DNA of 64,000 bases from Callorhinchus milii. Lineage: Eukaryota. Shown one piece after another: positions 49,950 through 63,463 of this stretch (the first letter of the stretch is position 1; every line of letters starts with the position of its first letter). The notes below the pieces were generated by a model, which was not told the origin of the DNA, ran no database searches, and saw nothing but the letters and a program-made list of their open reading frames with translations. The stretch spans positions 110,982,001 through 111,046,000 of the forward strand of contig NW_024704743.1 of the NCBI RefSeq assembly GCF_018977255.1, written 5' to 3'. The position numbers and the translations under genes are program-made.

Positions 49950-52020
49950 TCAACAACAACAACAACTTGGATTTATATAGCGTCCTCCATGCCAGACGGC
50001 ATCTCAGAGTGCTTTACAGTAACGGATCCCAGTGCCAAGCCAGGCGAAGGGGGAGGAAGGTGACCAAAGGTACGGTCGAAAAGAAAGGTCTTCAGCAGGG
50101 ACCTGAAAATAGGAGGTGAAGGGAGTGAGGAAGGGAATTTCAGAGCCTCGGGGCATAGTGGCTGAAGGCACGGCCACTGAGAGTGGAGGAGGGGACTCGG
50201 GACGAGGAGGAGGGAGTGCAGTCTGGCGAGGATTGGGGTGATCGGAGAGCGGAGTTTCGTGCAGGTGAGAATGCGGGCGGCAGAGTTTTGAATGACCTGG
50301 ATTTTATGGATGGGAGACCGGCAAGGAGGGCGTTAGAATAGTTCAGCCGAGAGGTGACAAAGGCATGGACCAGGGTTTCAGCGGCTATCGGAGAGAGGTA
50401 TTGGCGGAGTCGGGCGATTTGTCGGAGGTGGAAGATGGCAGTGCTGGTGAGGGACCGGATGTGGGGGAGGAAGGATAATTGGGGTTCGAACTTGACGCGT
50501 AGATTGCGTACGGGTTCGGAAAGTTTTAGTGGGAGGTCAGGTAGGTGGAGGAGGTGAGAGCCATGAGATTTTAGACATTGACAAGAGCCAAAGAGTATAG
50601 CTTCCGTCTTGTCAACGTTCAGCTGAAGGAAGTTTGAGCTCATCCAGCCCCTGAGATCTGACAGGCAGGCTGACAGAACATCAGGGGACTGGGGGTCGCA
50701 AAGAGGTGGAAAAATAGAGTTGTGTGTCGTCCGTGTACATGTGGAAATGTACCCCATGTCTGCGGATGACATCCCCAAGAGAGAGCATGTAGATCAGAAA
50801 GAGGAGGGGGCCAAGGATGGATCCTTGGGGTACTCCGCAGGTAACCAGGTGAGAGCGGGAGGAGAAGCCGTTTGTGCAGATGTACTGCTGGCGGTTTGTG
50901 AGGTAGGACTCGAGCCAGGCGAATGCGGTCCCACTGAGGTGAATGACGGAGGAAAGGCGGTGGAGGAGGATAGCGTGATCGACTATGTCGAATGCCACGA
51001 AGAGGTCCAGAAGGACAAGGAGGCAGAGGGAGCCCTGGTCACAGATAGAGAGGATGTCGTTTGTGACTTTCACAAGTGCAGTCTCTGTACTGTGGGTGGA
51101 AACCGGACTGGAGGGGTTTGAATAGGGAGTGGGAGGAGCGGTGTGCGCGGAGTTGATTGGCAACAACGTGTTCTAGAAGTTTTGTGAGGAAGGGCAGGTT
51201 AGAAATGGGGCGGTAATGGCTGGAGTTTGAGGGATCTAGGGAAGGTTTTTTGAGGAGGTGAGTGATGACAGCAGTTTTGAGGGGGGCAAGGACTGATCCG
51301 GAGGAGAGGGACTGGTTGATGATGTCAGCCAGTAGTGGACAGAGGAGGGGGAGCCGGGTGACCAGCAAGTTGGTGGGGAGGGGGTCGAGGCAGCAGGTGG
51401 TGGGTTTCACGGAGGTGATGGTGGGTGAGAGGGAGGAGGGAGAGATGGGGAGGAAGGAATGTACGATGGGATGGGGGTCGTGGTAGGAGCTGATGATGGC
51501 GAGGGTGAGGGGGATGGAGAGGGGGTGGTGGTGGGTGACAAGAGGCAGGAGGATGAGGCTGCCTGGCGGATGTTGTGAATTTTAGATAAAAAGAAGTCCA
51601 TGACCTCCTCGCACTTGGCGTTGGATGTGAAGATTGAGGAGGCCTGAGGGGGGCACGGAGGAGGTAGTGGGTGGTGGAAAAAAGGATTTTGGGGTTGTGT
51701 TTAGCCTCCAAGATGATGTTGAAGTAGAAGGACGTTTTTGCGTGTGTCAAAGAACGGCGGTAGCTGTGGAGATGCTCGAGCCACAGTTGGCGGTGGACTG
51801 TCAGGCTAGTTTTCCGCCATCTGTGCTCGAGCAGCCGGGTTTGGGATTTTAGGCGGCGGAGATAGTTGTTGTACCAGGGGGATCGGGTGGGTTTGGAGAT
51901 GGTCCTGGATTTCAGGGGGACGAGGGAGTTGAAGGTGGAGGAGAGGCGATCATGGAGCAGCTGGACAGCTGCTTCAGGGTCTCTGCGGGTGGAAGGCCAG
52001 AGGGATAGGATGTTTGATGA
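49950..52020 (-). mobile_element. Largest L2 copy (about 2.1 kb), frameshifted ORF2 with RT domain
   Basis: YRPISNLPF, HSTETAL, LLDL..AFD.VDH, GVPQGSILGPLLF, FHMYTDDTQLY, FVTSRLNY across broken ORFs. Confidence 0.93.
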
Positions 52021-52029
52021 TGCGATAAA

Positions 52030-52306
52030 GTTGAGATGAGACTTTAAAACACAGGTCACCTCTGCCTGTTCAGGTAGATTTTAAAGATTCCATGGCAAAA
52101 TATGAAGAGGAGTGTAATGTGGATCTTGGCTAACAATCCTAGGATAAATTGGCCATTCATTTCATAGCAGTTTATGGCACTTTGCCTTGTGCAAATTCAG
52201 TTCACCTACAAAACACACAATCATTATACCTTACAGTAGATATCCTGTGAGTGCTTTGAGTTATCCTCCCAATGTGAAAGGCGCAATATCAAATGTAAGG
52301 ATTATG
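52030..52306 (+). mobile_element. Old DeuSINE 3' portion
   Basis: TTTTAAAGATTCCATGGCA core and L2-like tail. Confidence 0.7.
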
Positions 52307-52650
52307 ATAATAATCCTTGCATTTTATATACCGCCTTATCACTTTGTTGAGACATCCTAAAGCTCTTCACAGAATATACTATAAAGTGGATTGACTATGT
52401 ATTTCTGGGCGAAATGGCATAGCCAGTTTCGCACAGCCATCGTCCCACAAATAGATATGGAGTTAATGACCATTTTGGGGACTGTTCATCAGGACACAGG
52501 GAGACACTCCCTTCTCTTCTCAAGAAGGATATTTAACATCCACCTGACATTGAACTGTTGGCTTAGACCATGTTATTCCAAATCCCAATGTGGGGTGACA
52601 ACCTTCTGTCTCAGAGGTGACAGTGCTACCACTACGCCAGGCTGACACAC
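52307..52650 (-). mobile_element. Old DeuSINE (SacSINE1-like), tail-to-tail with preceding copy
   Basis: AACCTTCTGTCTCAGAGGTGACAGTGCTACC is the reverse complement of the 20594-type head. Confidence 0.75.
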
Positions 52651-52765
52651 TTATTATTACTCTTATGTAGAATGGGGCAGAATGTACCAATAATTGCAAT
52701 GAAATTCAATATGCAGAAATATTCAGTGGAAATGATCTGGTATAAACTCAACTCTGAGGTAGTAA

Positions 52766-52971
52766 CAAAACACAAAATACTGCAGATGCTGGAAATCTGA
52801 AACAAAAACAGAGAGAGCCGGGAAAACTCAGCAGGTCAGGTAGCATCTATGGAGAAAGGAAAGTGAGTCAATGTTTCGGGTCAGAACTGCCAAAGGATCG
52901 TGGACCCGAAACGTTGACTCACTTTCCTTTCTCCATAGATGCTACCTGACCTGCTGAGTTTTCCCAGCTCG
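52766..52971. mobile_element. Palindromic insertion (probably Penelope-like derived) with 74-bp arms and 14-bp TSD
   Basis: Arms 52809-52882 and 52903-52976 match 71/74; CTCTGAGG(T/C)AGTAA at 52752-52765 and 52972-52985. Confidence 0.8.
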
Positions 52972-53217
52972 CTCTGAGGCAGTAAACTGGTTAGGAAGCT
53001 AACTTTTTTTTAAAAGTCCATGAAATAGATACGTGCAGTGGCTCACGTTTGCAGAGTCTTCTGGGTTTGAACTCAAAACCTTATTTACCCATCACCATTC
53101 AACATCCTATTCGACTAGGCAAGTTGTTTCAGCGCCTTCGGCTATCCTCCCAAAATGAAAGGTACTATATTACTGCAATTTGTTGTCTCCTCTTAGTCAC
53201 TGTTCTGTGTTAAACAG

Positions 53218-53800
53218 AACAACAACAACAACTTGCATTTATATACTGCCCTTTCAAGTCCTAGAGTGCTTCACAGTGGCGGAGTCTGACAATGAGCCAG
53301 GGGGAGAGGGAGGGGCAATGTGACTATAAGCAGGATCAAAAAGGAAGGTCTTTAGATGGGAATTGAAGTAAGCGAGAGAGGGGGCAAGGCGGAGGGATTG
53401 AGAGAATTCCAGATTTTCGGGTCAGAGTGGCTGAAGGCACGGTCACCAATGATGGAACGAAGGGCACGAGGGACAAATAGGAGATCGTAGCCAGCCGAGC
53501 AGAGACAGCGGGTGGTGGAGTGGGGGTTATGTAGGTCAGATAGGTAGGGAGATGCGAGGGCATGAAGTGATTTGAAAATAAGTGAGAGGATTTTGAAATC
53601 AATCTGTTCGGTAATTGAGAGCCAGTGGAGCCTGGCAAGGACTGGTGTGATGGGTGTACGGAGGTTCGAGTTTTGAATTAATTGAATTTTGTGTATTGTG
53701 GAGATGGGGAGACCAGCGAGGAGGGCATTGGAATAGTCCAGCCAGAAAATGACGAAGGCGAAAAGAAGGATTTCAGCTGAGTCAGTTGTGAAGTACGGAT
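53218..53800 (-). mobile_element. L2 3' fragment
   Basis: LDYSNALLAGLP...LHWL...FKIL...IGDRAFS. Confidence 0.88.
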
Positions 53801-54265
53801 GAGAATGTAATATTGTGTGTGACATGTTGCACATTGATATTTGTAATTTAGAATTTAAAAGGAGGCATCTGGTGTACTAGCCTGGTGTCTGCTCTTGTAC
53901 TGTATGTGCTCTCAAAGTCTATTAATAAGATTGTGAGGTTTCTTTGCACTTTTGTTTTCCTTGTTTTGTGCCAAATGTCTGTATTTGCTTTGTGTTGGGA
54001 GGAGCTGTCCCAGTATTTGTGGGACTGAATTAACTTCAAAGCTCAATTCTTCAACTTTTCTAGTTAATTTTCTTTTTTTTCCCCTCCACATCTTTAGAGG
54101 TTTTGTGTCTGCTTTGTTACTTATCCAAAACATCAGGCACTGCTCAGGCACAAAAAATACAGGAGAGCAGCTCAGGTTCAGCTTTACTACACATATACTG
54201 GAGTCACTACACTGTCAGTAATTGCTGTAACATGCTTTGAGATGGGATACAGAGCTAAAATGCAA

Positions 54266-54347
54266 CTTTCTTTCTTTCTTTCCTTCCTTCCTTCCTTCCT
54301 TCCTTCCTTCTTTCCTTCTTTCCTTCTTTCCTTCTTTCTTTCCTTTT
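54266..54347 (+). repeat. (TTTC)/(TTCC)n microsatellite
   Basis: Direct reading. Confidence 0.92.
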
Positions 54348-54513
54348 TATATAATTTGCCCAATCCCCTCCACTCATATGAAATTAGTCACTTTCCAGAT
54401 GTGGCACCCAAGATAAGGAACTCAATGCTGGCAATCAGTGTTGGCCCCACATCCTATCATTCTATGGTATGGTGTATTTGTATAGTAATCCACTGCTCTA
54501 CTGCAGGCTCATA

Positions 54514-54623
54514 CCTGACCTGAGTATAGTGGAGTCTGATCTGGGTTAGTGGAGTCTGATCTGGGTATGGTGGAGCCTGACCTGGGTATAGTGGAGCCTG
54601 ACCTGGGTATGGTGGAGCCTGAC
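54514..54623 (+). repeat. 21-bp minisatellite CCTGACCTGGGTATAGTGGAG, about 5 copies
   Basis: Direct reading; one copy is 20 bp. Confidence 0.9.
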
Positions 54624-56299
54624 TAGTCTAAAGTCTTTGTGTAAAGCGCTCACCTTTGAACACATAGATTGCATTCCTCTTTGCAGCTTTCACTCATAGC
54701 TGAAATCCTTCAATCAAAAATAATGTCCTTTGTCGCCTTATTATTCTAGAGGTGGATGGAATTTCATTAGGTATCTCAAATACAGGTAAAGCATTGTTTT
54801 GAAAAGTTTGTAAAAGTAGTAGTTTACATTTGAGTAAATTATCACCCAGACAATGTGCAGCAGTAATGTTACACCCTGGGAAAACTGTAAACTACTTTCT
54901 GAATCATTAGGTTCTGCAGCGCAGTGTGGTTTGCTCTACAATTGACCCATATCTGTGTTCATATCCTGACAAATCTTAACAATGAACTGAAGTGTAGATG
55001 GCAGTACCAGCGAATATGAAAATAAGTGAGCTTGACATCATCTTTGAATCTTTATAGTGTGATATCTCAACTCACTGCAAGAAAAAGAACAAACTTGCCA
55101 TTTTTTTGTAGCTACTCGAGTCAAAAGCATCTCAAAGCACTTTACGGTAAACGTCAAGTGCAGGTGGCTGTTATTGTAGCCCCCTCTTCCAGAGATTTTC
55201 TGCAGTGTGTAGATTTTCAGTCTATCTCATGTTTTTCTTCCAGCTCTCACCTTGCTCTGCTGTTACTAGTCTGCAGCACGCACAAGGTGTGAATGCCCCA
55301 AAGTACAATTTTTGCAAAATTAAAAGAGATGCTAAAGGAATCCTGTGTAATTGTGGAAACGCTGCATTTGAAACCTCTTTCATGTGTCAAGAGGTTCCTC
55401 TGAATGACCATCAACTATGGAACCTGTGGCCACATTTTGACTTGATGATTTGACCCATTACAACATTGTCTTTTGTTCAGGTTTAAATGTACTGACAGTC
55501 ACCCTGGTTGTTACCTCTCTGCTGAATGCATGTCATATTTAATTAAGAAGCTTTCCATGGACTTTCTGTGGTTGAGTTTGCTTATTGTCAAATTTGATTT
55601 CCTGGACAATAGAGCAATAATAAGCGAGACGTGACAGTGAACAGGAATCACTGTTGGGTCCAGCTGTTGCACAGAACTATACCTCAGCCACTTTCTAGCC
55701 GCAATTTAAGGAGTGAAAGAAAAATCCATTGCGGTCCAAATTAGACAGCTTGGAGACTCGAGAGAGATATATCCTAAATCTGCACAAACCCCTGACTATG
55801 TACTCTCACTGCAATCTACTTTATATAGTTAAGTACATTTGGACTGTTTGCACTAGGCAATTATTTTAAAGTCTTAACAAAAATAAGCAATGCACTGATT
55901 GTTTGAAATTAGTTTTAATTAATATTTAGTGTTCATTCCATTGCTTGCTGAATACACTATCACATTTCAAAATGAGTATGTTTTCTTCAAATTCTGTTTG
56001 ACCTGCTTGAATGGGGTGCAGTGGTGGAGCACAATAGAACTCATAGGATGGTTGATCACACTAGAATTCTCCACGGTGTGAGGCTCCTGTCTCACCAATT
56101 GCATTTGTGGGGAATTATTGAGTGGAGTCGATGCCACACAGAACATAGCCTGACACTTTTCTCATTCACCTTTCAGCTGTTGTGAAATGCTTTAACAACA
56201 GTAAGTCACACTAAGACACAAACCTTTCACATTGGAAGATGGTCTTAAAACGCTTTACAAAGACTGAATGGGAGCCAAAGGAATGAAGGAGTGAGCAAT

Positions 56300-56735
56300 G
56301 TGTTCGGCTGATTGAGTTGGTAGCAGTCTCGGCTCTTGAGGTGGAGATTGTGGGTTCAAGCCCCATGTCAGGACGTGGAACTCATATTTTCTAGGCTGTT
56401 ACTCCAATGCAGTGCTGAGTGTGTGCCTCATTGTTGGAGGTACTGCACTTCAAATCAGATGTCCCATCTATCTTTTCAGGTGGATTTTAAAGATCCCATG
56501 GAACTATTAACCATGCCATGATCAGCTGAAATTACTTGAAAAGGAAAGGGAGTTTCTCTCTCCCGATGTCCTGGCCCACAATCCTCCAAATAAAATCCAC
56601 TTCATGGCTGTTTGTAGAACATTGCTGTGTACAAATTAGCTGCTGGGTGCAGCCACATAAATAATACAGAGACAATATTTTACAGTGTATCCTGTGAAGT
56701 GCTATGAGGGCCCCTCTCAATGTGAAAGGCACTAA
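56300..56735 (+). mobile_element. Old DeuSINE (SacSINE1-like)
   Basis: GGGTTCAAGCCC B box, CAGGTGGATTTTAAAGATCCCATGG core, tail. Confidence 0.75.
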
Positions 56736-56849
56736 TGTATATCTAATATAAAGATTTTTTGAACGAGGTTGTAGGGGGGTACTGCAATCAGATTTTTAAA
56801 TTTAAAATTTTTAATTTAGGCTGGTTTTTACACTCGTGTTCAAATCTCT

Positions 56850-57085
56850 CTGGCACCTCCCTAACTCTCCGTCCTCTTTCACTCCCCAATCCACCACCCG
56901 GCGCCTCCGCTCGACTGGAACTGGCCTCCTGCTTGTCCCTCGCACCCTCCACCCCCACCATTGGAGGTCGTGATTTCAGCCACTATGCCCTGAAACTCTG
57001 GAACACTCCCTCAATCCCTCCGCCTTGCCTCCTCCCCTTCTTCAAGTCCCGCCTTAAAACCTTCCTCTTTGACCGTGCTTATGGC
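56850..57085 (+). mobile_element. L2 3' fragment
   Basis: IGGRDFSHYALKLWN...FKSRLKTFLFD. Confidence 0.78.
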
Positions 57086-60000
57086 ATGTGTGAGCTAAAG
57101 CCAAGTGTGAGACCTGATCTGAAGTGGTATAATGGCAAGCAGGTACAGTGTGTGCCGACCTTTTTGACTACTACAGAAGAGGTGATAGTTCAATGGTTAA
57201 AGCCTAAACTTTACTTATAGACTTCTGCACAAACCTAGTGTGACACTGAATGTTGACATGCAGTTTGTATTGTTAACTGGAATTGCTATTCCACTGACAT
57301 AATTTCTTATTGATATAATATGACTAGCAGAGCAGAGTATGTAAACTCACAGCTGCAGTCTAGCTATAATAGTGCAGTCTCACCTGAGGGAAATCTAGGG
57401 CTGATTAACTTGCCAAATACAAATGATATAGAATACTTGTGATCATAGCATAAATCTGTTGTGAACATCTTACAGATAACTGAGTTACTGATGTGCAATG
57501 AGGCACAATATTACTATTTTAAACCCATTTTTTTGTTAGCGGAACCAAAGACGACGCAGAAATTCAATGTGAATCCTTAATTCTCATGTGCTTGGTAAGA
57601 TTTGGCTGTTACTCAAATCACAAGGTGATGTATAAAAAGTTGGATATAATCCGAGTAGCAACGTGTTCTGTCAAAACTTAATTTCATCCGATTCCAAATG
57701 CAGAACTGATCCAAGCACCTAATTCAAACATTCCACTTCCCAAACTATCCTATTGTGCGAGACCCCAATTTTCTTACCATAGACATCTCTTAGAACAAAA
57801 CAGTCCTTGTCTATGCATTAATTCTCCCAAAATAGTACTGAGCACTGCACATATTCCACACCTCACTGTAATTCTAATACATTTTCCATAAAATACAAGT
57901 TTCTGTCTGATTTTCTATTTTCTTCTGGGAACGAATTGTTCAATGAATGGATTGTGAAGGTGACAACATTTTTATGAATTAGCTCTTTTGCTATTTATCC
58001 ATTTTTTTTAGCCATTGTGATTCAGCCATAAAATGTACCTTTCAAGATTTAATTCATTGTTAGAGTGGAGGAGGAGAACTATTCAACGGTTTCCTCCCAT
58101 GCACTGTATTCATTGTCTGCGATCACCAGCTTACCATCTCACAAACTTTGCGTGTGTGTTTGTGGGTCGCTGGTGGGGGGAGAGCTTAATCAAGCTGCCC
58201 AGTCTAGATCATACCTGTTTCTAAAAAAGCTAATACAGAAATAGAGGAGGCTAGAATTGGTGATGTTTGTTTAAAATGTGATTTTTAAGAGGAAATGTTG
58301 TGCATGTGATTATTTCAAGATATGATCGGATGCTACCTTTTCACTGAGATTGCCACACACAGTTTGATCCCAGCTAAGCACCGAGGCTCTTCACCAGAGG
58401 GAAAAGGTTTTCTAGTATTTTCACAAAATTTGATCACGGACATCCTATCCTCAGACTCGTTGTTTAACCTGATGTTGGACTGCATGGGAAGGTAGCTCAA
58501 CAAGTGCCAACTGAGACTGGAATTCCAACTAAGATCCTCTAATCAAAGGCCAACACTTGTGGACTATCATAAATAGTTTCTCCCAGCTCAGTTGTAAACC
58601 CTGGACTATCCACCGTCTTCAGATGACCTCCTGACGTGAAAGCCCTTTTATAAATGTAAAATTGTATTATATCATTCATCAAATGATGCTTTTTTAAAAT
58701 TGTTTAAAAGAGGATTATGTAGGATTTACATGCTTTCTTCATCTTACGATGCCTTACAGATAACGTGATACACTAGAGGATATAGTGGTACTAGCAGAAA
58801 TTTATAGTCATGGTCTTAAACAGTTAAGTGTATTTCGACAGTAGAACATGTTGAAAGGGTGGGTCACTCTAAGGAAGGGACTTAGCCAAGTTGTGTCAGT
58901 GGCTTGAATATTGTAGGGGACTTGGGTGCTCAAATTAAAGATGCTGTAGACAGATTACTGTACCATAATCGTTGCAGCTAGATCCGTGTTCTGTCAGATA
59001 TTAACATTTCTGTTGATTATCAATGAATTTACACAGCCCTACATAATAGAGTTACCACCTGCCTGGTTTCTCACGCACACAAGACCATTTGTTTCTTGAT
59101 CCAGCTGGTTGGTAGTTCAACTGACAACCAACAATAGAGTAGCTGTTCTTTTTAAAAAATTGCAGTCGAACCAATCAATACTACAAACAGGCTGTGAGTC
59201 TGACCACCACTCCCCCACCAACATCAGGATATCAGTTAGGCCCATTGGGTCATCTGTTGCACCAAAGTTCATTCCTGTACCACCCTGACTTACCATTATC
59301 CATTTTATTTCTGAATTGATCTAATAGTTTTGCCTGTGCCGCCCTGCTTGATAGATTGCCCAAAATGTTATCGTTCTTAGAATGAAACACTTTTTCTAAT
59401 GTATGGTAAATCAATTTCCTAATTTGAGATTTGCCCTTTTGGCTCTACTTATTTTGGTTTAATTTTAATTAGTATTAGTATTCACTCCCACACCACCGTA
59501 AAGTAATCACCAAAATAGACATCACAACTACATTACAGGAAATGTCACATCATTGTACTTAAACCTGTGGAATAGTATTGAAAATGGGGAGGTGGGAGAA
59601 TGAACTGCACAATAAACAGTTGTACAATGATTACCAGAGTAAATGAATCAAAATATTCTTTTAAATATGGTATAAATAACCTGTGGAATTTCTTTCCACT
59701 CCAGTCCCACAAAGTACTCTGGAAATGGTTAAAGAATATCTGGAAGGATGTTACGACCCCTTAAAAGAAAAGCCTTTATTGTGCATCCTAACTCTCAGTT
59801 GTGGAAACAGATTTAATTGCCCGTTTCTTGATGCCTGAAAGCTCATCTAAGAGCTCAGACAGCAGGCTGGTTTTGTGCAGTAGATGCTATGAGAAAGTGC
59901 AGTAGAAGAGCAGTCAAGATAAGGGCTTGGCCTCAATGTGTTTAGTTTAGAGTTCAGAGGAATTGTTCAAAAGCAAAGCACTTGAAGTTTGAACGAAACA

Positions 60001-62674
60001 CCAGACACAGTAGACAGTTTAATCCCACGTATGTTTGGCTGGGAGGCGCTCGACTGTTTAACACTTAAACATAGGGAGCCGGGTTGTTTGGGAGATTAAG
60101 GATTTGGTGCCTGAATGTAATGACGGGGGTTAGGTAAGATTACTCTGCCTGCAGCAACCCATCATTTGTCTCTCCCTACAAATCCTGTTGATGGGAAGAA
60201 ACAAAAACTACGTCTGTTTAAGAGTGTTCATCCTAAAATATATATTTTAAGGAAAATAGGTCCATTGCCAAGAAAAGTGCTGGGTTGGGTTCTCCAATTG
60301 GGTTTAAATAATGTACTGCAGTGGAAATCTCTATTTCTAGATACATGTACTGTGGAATACGCTCAGGCCTTCTTTAAATGCTCTATACATTTTGTTCAAA
60401 AATAAAAGGTTTGCTTTATTCTGTCCGTGTTTAATCTCTCCAGTGGCAGTTTGCAACCGTGTCGCTTTTCAGTGAGAGGCCAGAGGTATCCACGATTCAG
60501 TCCCGTCGATAGTTGTTGATAATGTTGTTTCTCATCAGAGAAATTCAAGCAAGACACAGGTGAACACCATCCTTCGACTCACCTCTTCCCTTCCTTCCTT
60601 CAAGATCCACCTCACGACATAATGCTTTTTGCGAACTTCCCCCACCCCAATCCCTCGTCGCCCACCCCCAGCTTAAGTACAAACCCTGAACTCGGGACCT
60701 CCTCACGACATTAAAGGCATAATAACTAAGTTCGTATTGTATTGTAATACAAGGGTATTTGGTGCCTCCAAATTTGGCAAGAAAATGCTCTGACAGTGGT
60801 GACGTTGTGCTGGGATTATTAAGTCCCCGTTATAACTGAATGTCAATCAGTCCATCTGGAAACATGTAAGTCATGCAGTGCTCTCGAAAAGTCTTCACAG
60901 AAGTACAACTTGATCTTATATAAACACTTCTCACGTATGGTACAAATTTACATTTATATCATGCCTTTCACATCAAGAGAACATCGCAAGGCACTTGACA
61001 ATCCTGGCTTGGCACCCAAGTTAAGGTTGTGAGCTGAGTGGGGGAACAACCCACTCAACAAAGGATGAACACAATCAAAAGCGCTTCCCAATTACCATGG
61101 GGATCACCAAGCAGGGAAGTAGAGATGGTTAATTTAAGGGTGTGAACCAAAGATCTGTTCAAATAGGGTTTTGAAGAGGGGGAGGGAAAGCGCAAAGCAA
61201 GGTTTTGTGAGACCTAAAGAACGAAGACATAGTAGGGGGTTGAGGAATCAGTAGTAAACCAGTCAGAAGAGATTACAACCAGAGAAATAGGACTGGAAGG
61301 TATTGCATAGATAGGGAGAAGCAACATTGCAGAAGGATTTGAAGATCACTTGTACAATAAAACATACAAGGCCCCAAATTATACCTTTTCTTGTAAGACC
61401 ATTTTGTCTTAAATTTGTGGAAAATTCTTAAGTTTAGCCTTACTTTGAAAGCTGGTTTTCTGGAATTCTTAAGAAAAGCAGTTTCCAAATTAAGAGTGCA
61501 TTTAACAATTTTCCACAATTCTTTTGCATGAATTAAAAATTTCTAACAGTCATGGGGGTGGGTGCGGGCTTGAATATAGATGCTTATTTCTTTTGACCAC
61601 ATTATCGTCAATCTATCTGTTTAAAGAAGGTGTACTCTTGTGCTCCTCCCTCTGTTCTGTTAGAATTTTACATTATCTGACCTTGTACTCGTATCATTCT
61701 GTGGTTGCACCGCCTGGGAATTATCAGCATAGATACTGCCTGCAGTGAAGGAATAATACAGTGGTCGCTTTTGTGGTTGGTAGATTTTATAGTTGCATGT
61801 TAGTGGGTAGCACAGCACACTGGTCTAGAGAGAAAACCTAATATTATCTGAATAATCCATCACAGCGATAGCTTCACTATGACATTGTCCTGACCAGCAA
61901 CCAGTGCGCTCTAACTGTTTGTTACTAAACATATGCGTAAGTTCGTTCTTTAGAAGTTATGAACTCAACAAATGTTTTAAACTTTTTTTTCCCCTCTTTA
62001 TTTATATGACGGGACTTTGAAGAATATATAGTGCAGGATCCTTATATCAGTTTGCCCTCTGAATCCCCATCTAAGGGGCAAATTAATTCTTTTACTGAGC
62101 CCTTGAAAGGGAATTATACTAGATTGTATGTACACAACTTTAAAAGCTGTAATGTTTGTCACCGTGTACAGAGACCCAATCTTAAGTCAATAACATATTG
62201 TTTGGAATTTATTAATCTGGTGTATGAACAAAGCTCCCATCTGCTTACATCCCATCTTGTTTCTTTCTGTCAGTACAGTTAATTAATTTGAAAACCTAAT
62301 ATGCTATTTTATTGAGCTTGTCTGGATTACTGAATTACACACAGGCATTACACTCAGGTGAAATTGCATTTTCCTCATCAAAATGTTTATTTTGCTTTTG
62401 TGCGATAAGTATATTTATATACTTTGCACTAGAATGATCAGTGGGGTTAATATTAGAAATGGTAGATCAGGAGAGAGGTTGAAATGAAGAATGCTCTTTG
62501 CCTTAGTTGATCTCATCATTCCAGAACACCAACCCGACTTCCTTCCCATGTTACCATCCAATTGTTTCTGAAATGAATCAGGACCTGCCGTCTACCATCT
62601 TTTCTGGTAACCTGTTCCAGCTGTTCAGACACTTGTGTAAAGTAATACTTGGTGGTGGTTGTCCTTGATCTTAT

Positions 62675-63035
62675 AGGTTTCAACGGTCTTGACAGGGTAG
62701 ATGCTGTGAGACTGGTTCCCCTGGTTGGAGAATCTAAAACTAGGGATCATAGTCTCAAGATTAAGGGTCAGCCTTTTCGAACTGAGTTGAGGAAACATTT
62801 CTTCACTCAGAGGGTAGTGAATTTGTGGAATTCTCTACTCCAGAAGGCTGTGGTTGCTCAGTCCTGGAACATATTCAAGACTGAGGTTGATAGATTTCTA
62901 AAGGATAGAGGGATTACGGGATATGGGAATAGGACAGGTAAATGGAATTAGGTTACAAGATCAGCCATGATTTTATTAAATGGCGGAGCAGGCGAGAGGG
63001 CCCGAATGGCCTACTCCTGCTCCTACGTCTTATGG
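62675..63035 (+). mobile_element. CR1 LINE 3' end
   Basis: TRDHSLK...RKHFFTQRVVNLWNSL...FKTEVDRFL* followed by GAATGGCCTACTCCTGCTCCTA tail. Confidence 0.9.
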
Positions 63036-63254
63036 TAAAGGGCAATTTAGAATAGATAACTAGGAAGTTTTTCTTTTTGACCTCTGCCTATAATGATTGT
63101 TAACAGAGACCTGCGTCAACCATGTCAGTGTCTCTCTGTGAAGCTGTTATTGCACAATCTGTTTGTGTTGAACAAGGCTTTACGAAGTGTAACCGGGGTC
63201 AGACGAAATGTCAGACAAACCGTTGTAAATGGCTCAAAGCAAAGCTAAAATTCC

Positions 63255-63463
63255 CAGCAGGACGAAACCTTGGACAAGTTTCCTTACTTGATAATATTCC
63301 CTCAAGAAAAAAAAACAATAATAAAAGTTGGTCACTCAATCCCTGACTGTTTGTGTAATATTGCTGTGCGGAATTGGCTGCCATGTTTTGCCCACAAATA
63401 TACAGTCAATTTACTTTACAGTCTATTCTGTGAAGCGCTATATCAAATGCAAAGATTATTATT
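63255..63463 (+). mobile_element. tRNA/Deu SINE, head truncated
   Basis: GAAACCTTGGACAAGTTTCCTTACT ... AAATGCAAAGATTATTATT. Confidence 0.8.

Noticed and set aside
49950..52059. Active or domesticated reverse transcriptase
   Set aside because: Multiple frameshifts, 5' truncation and an internal deletion
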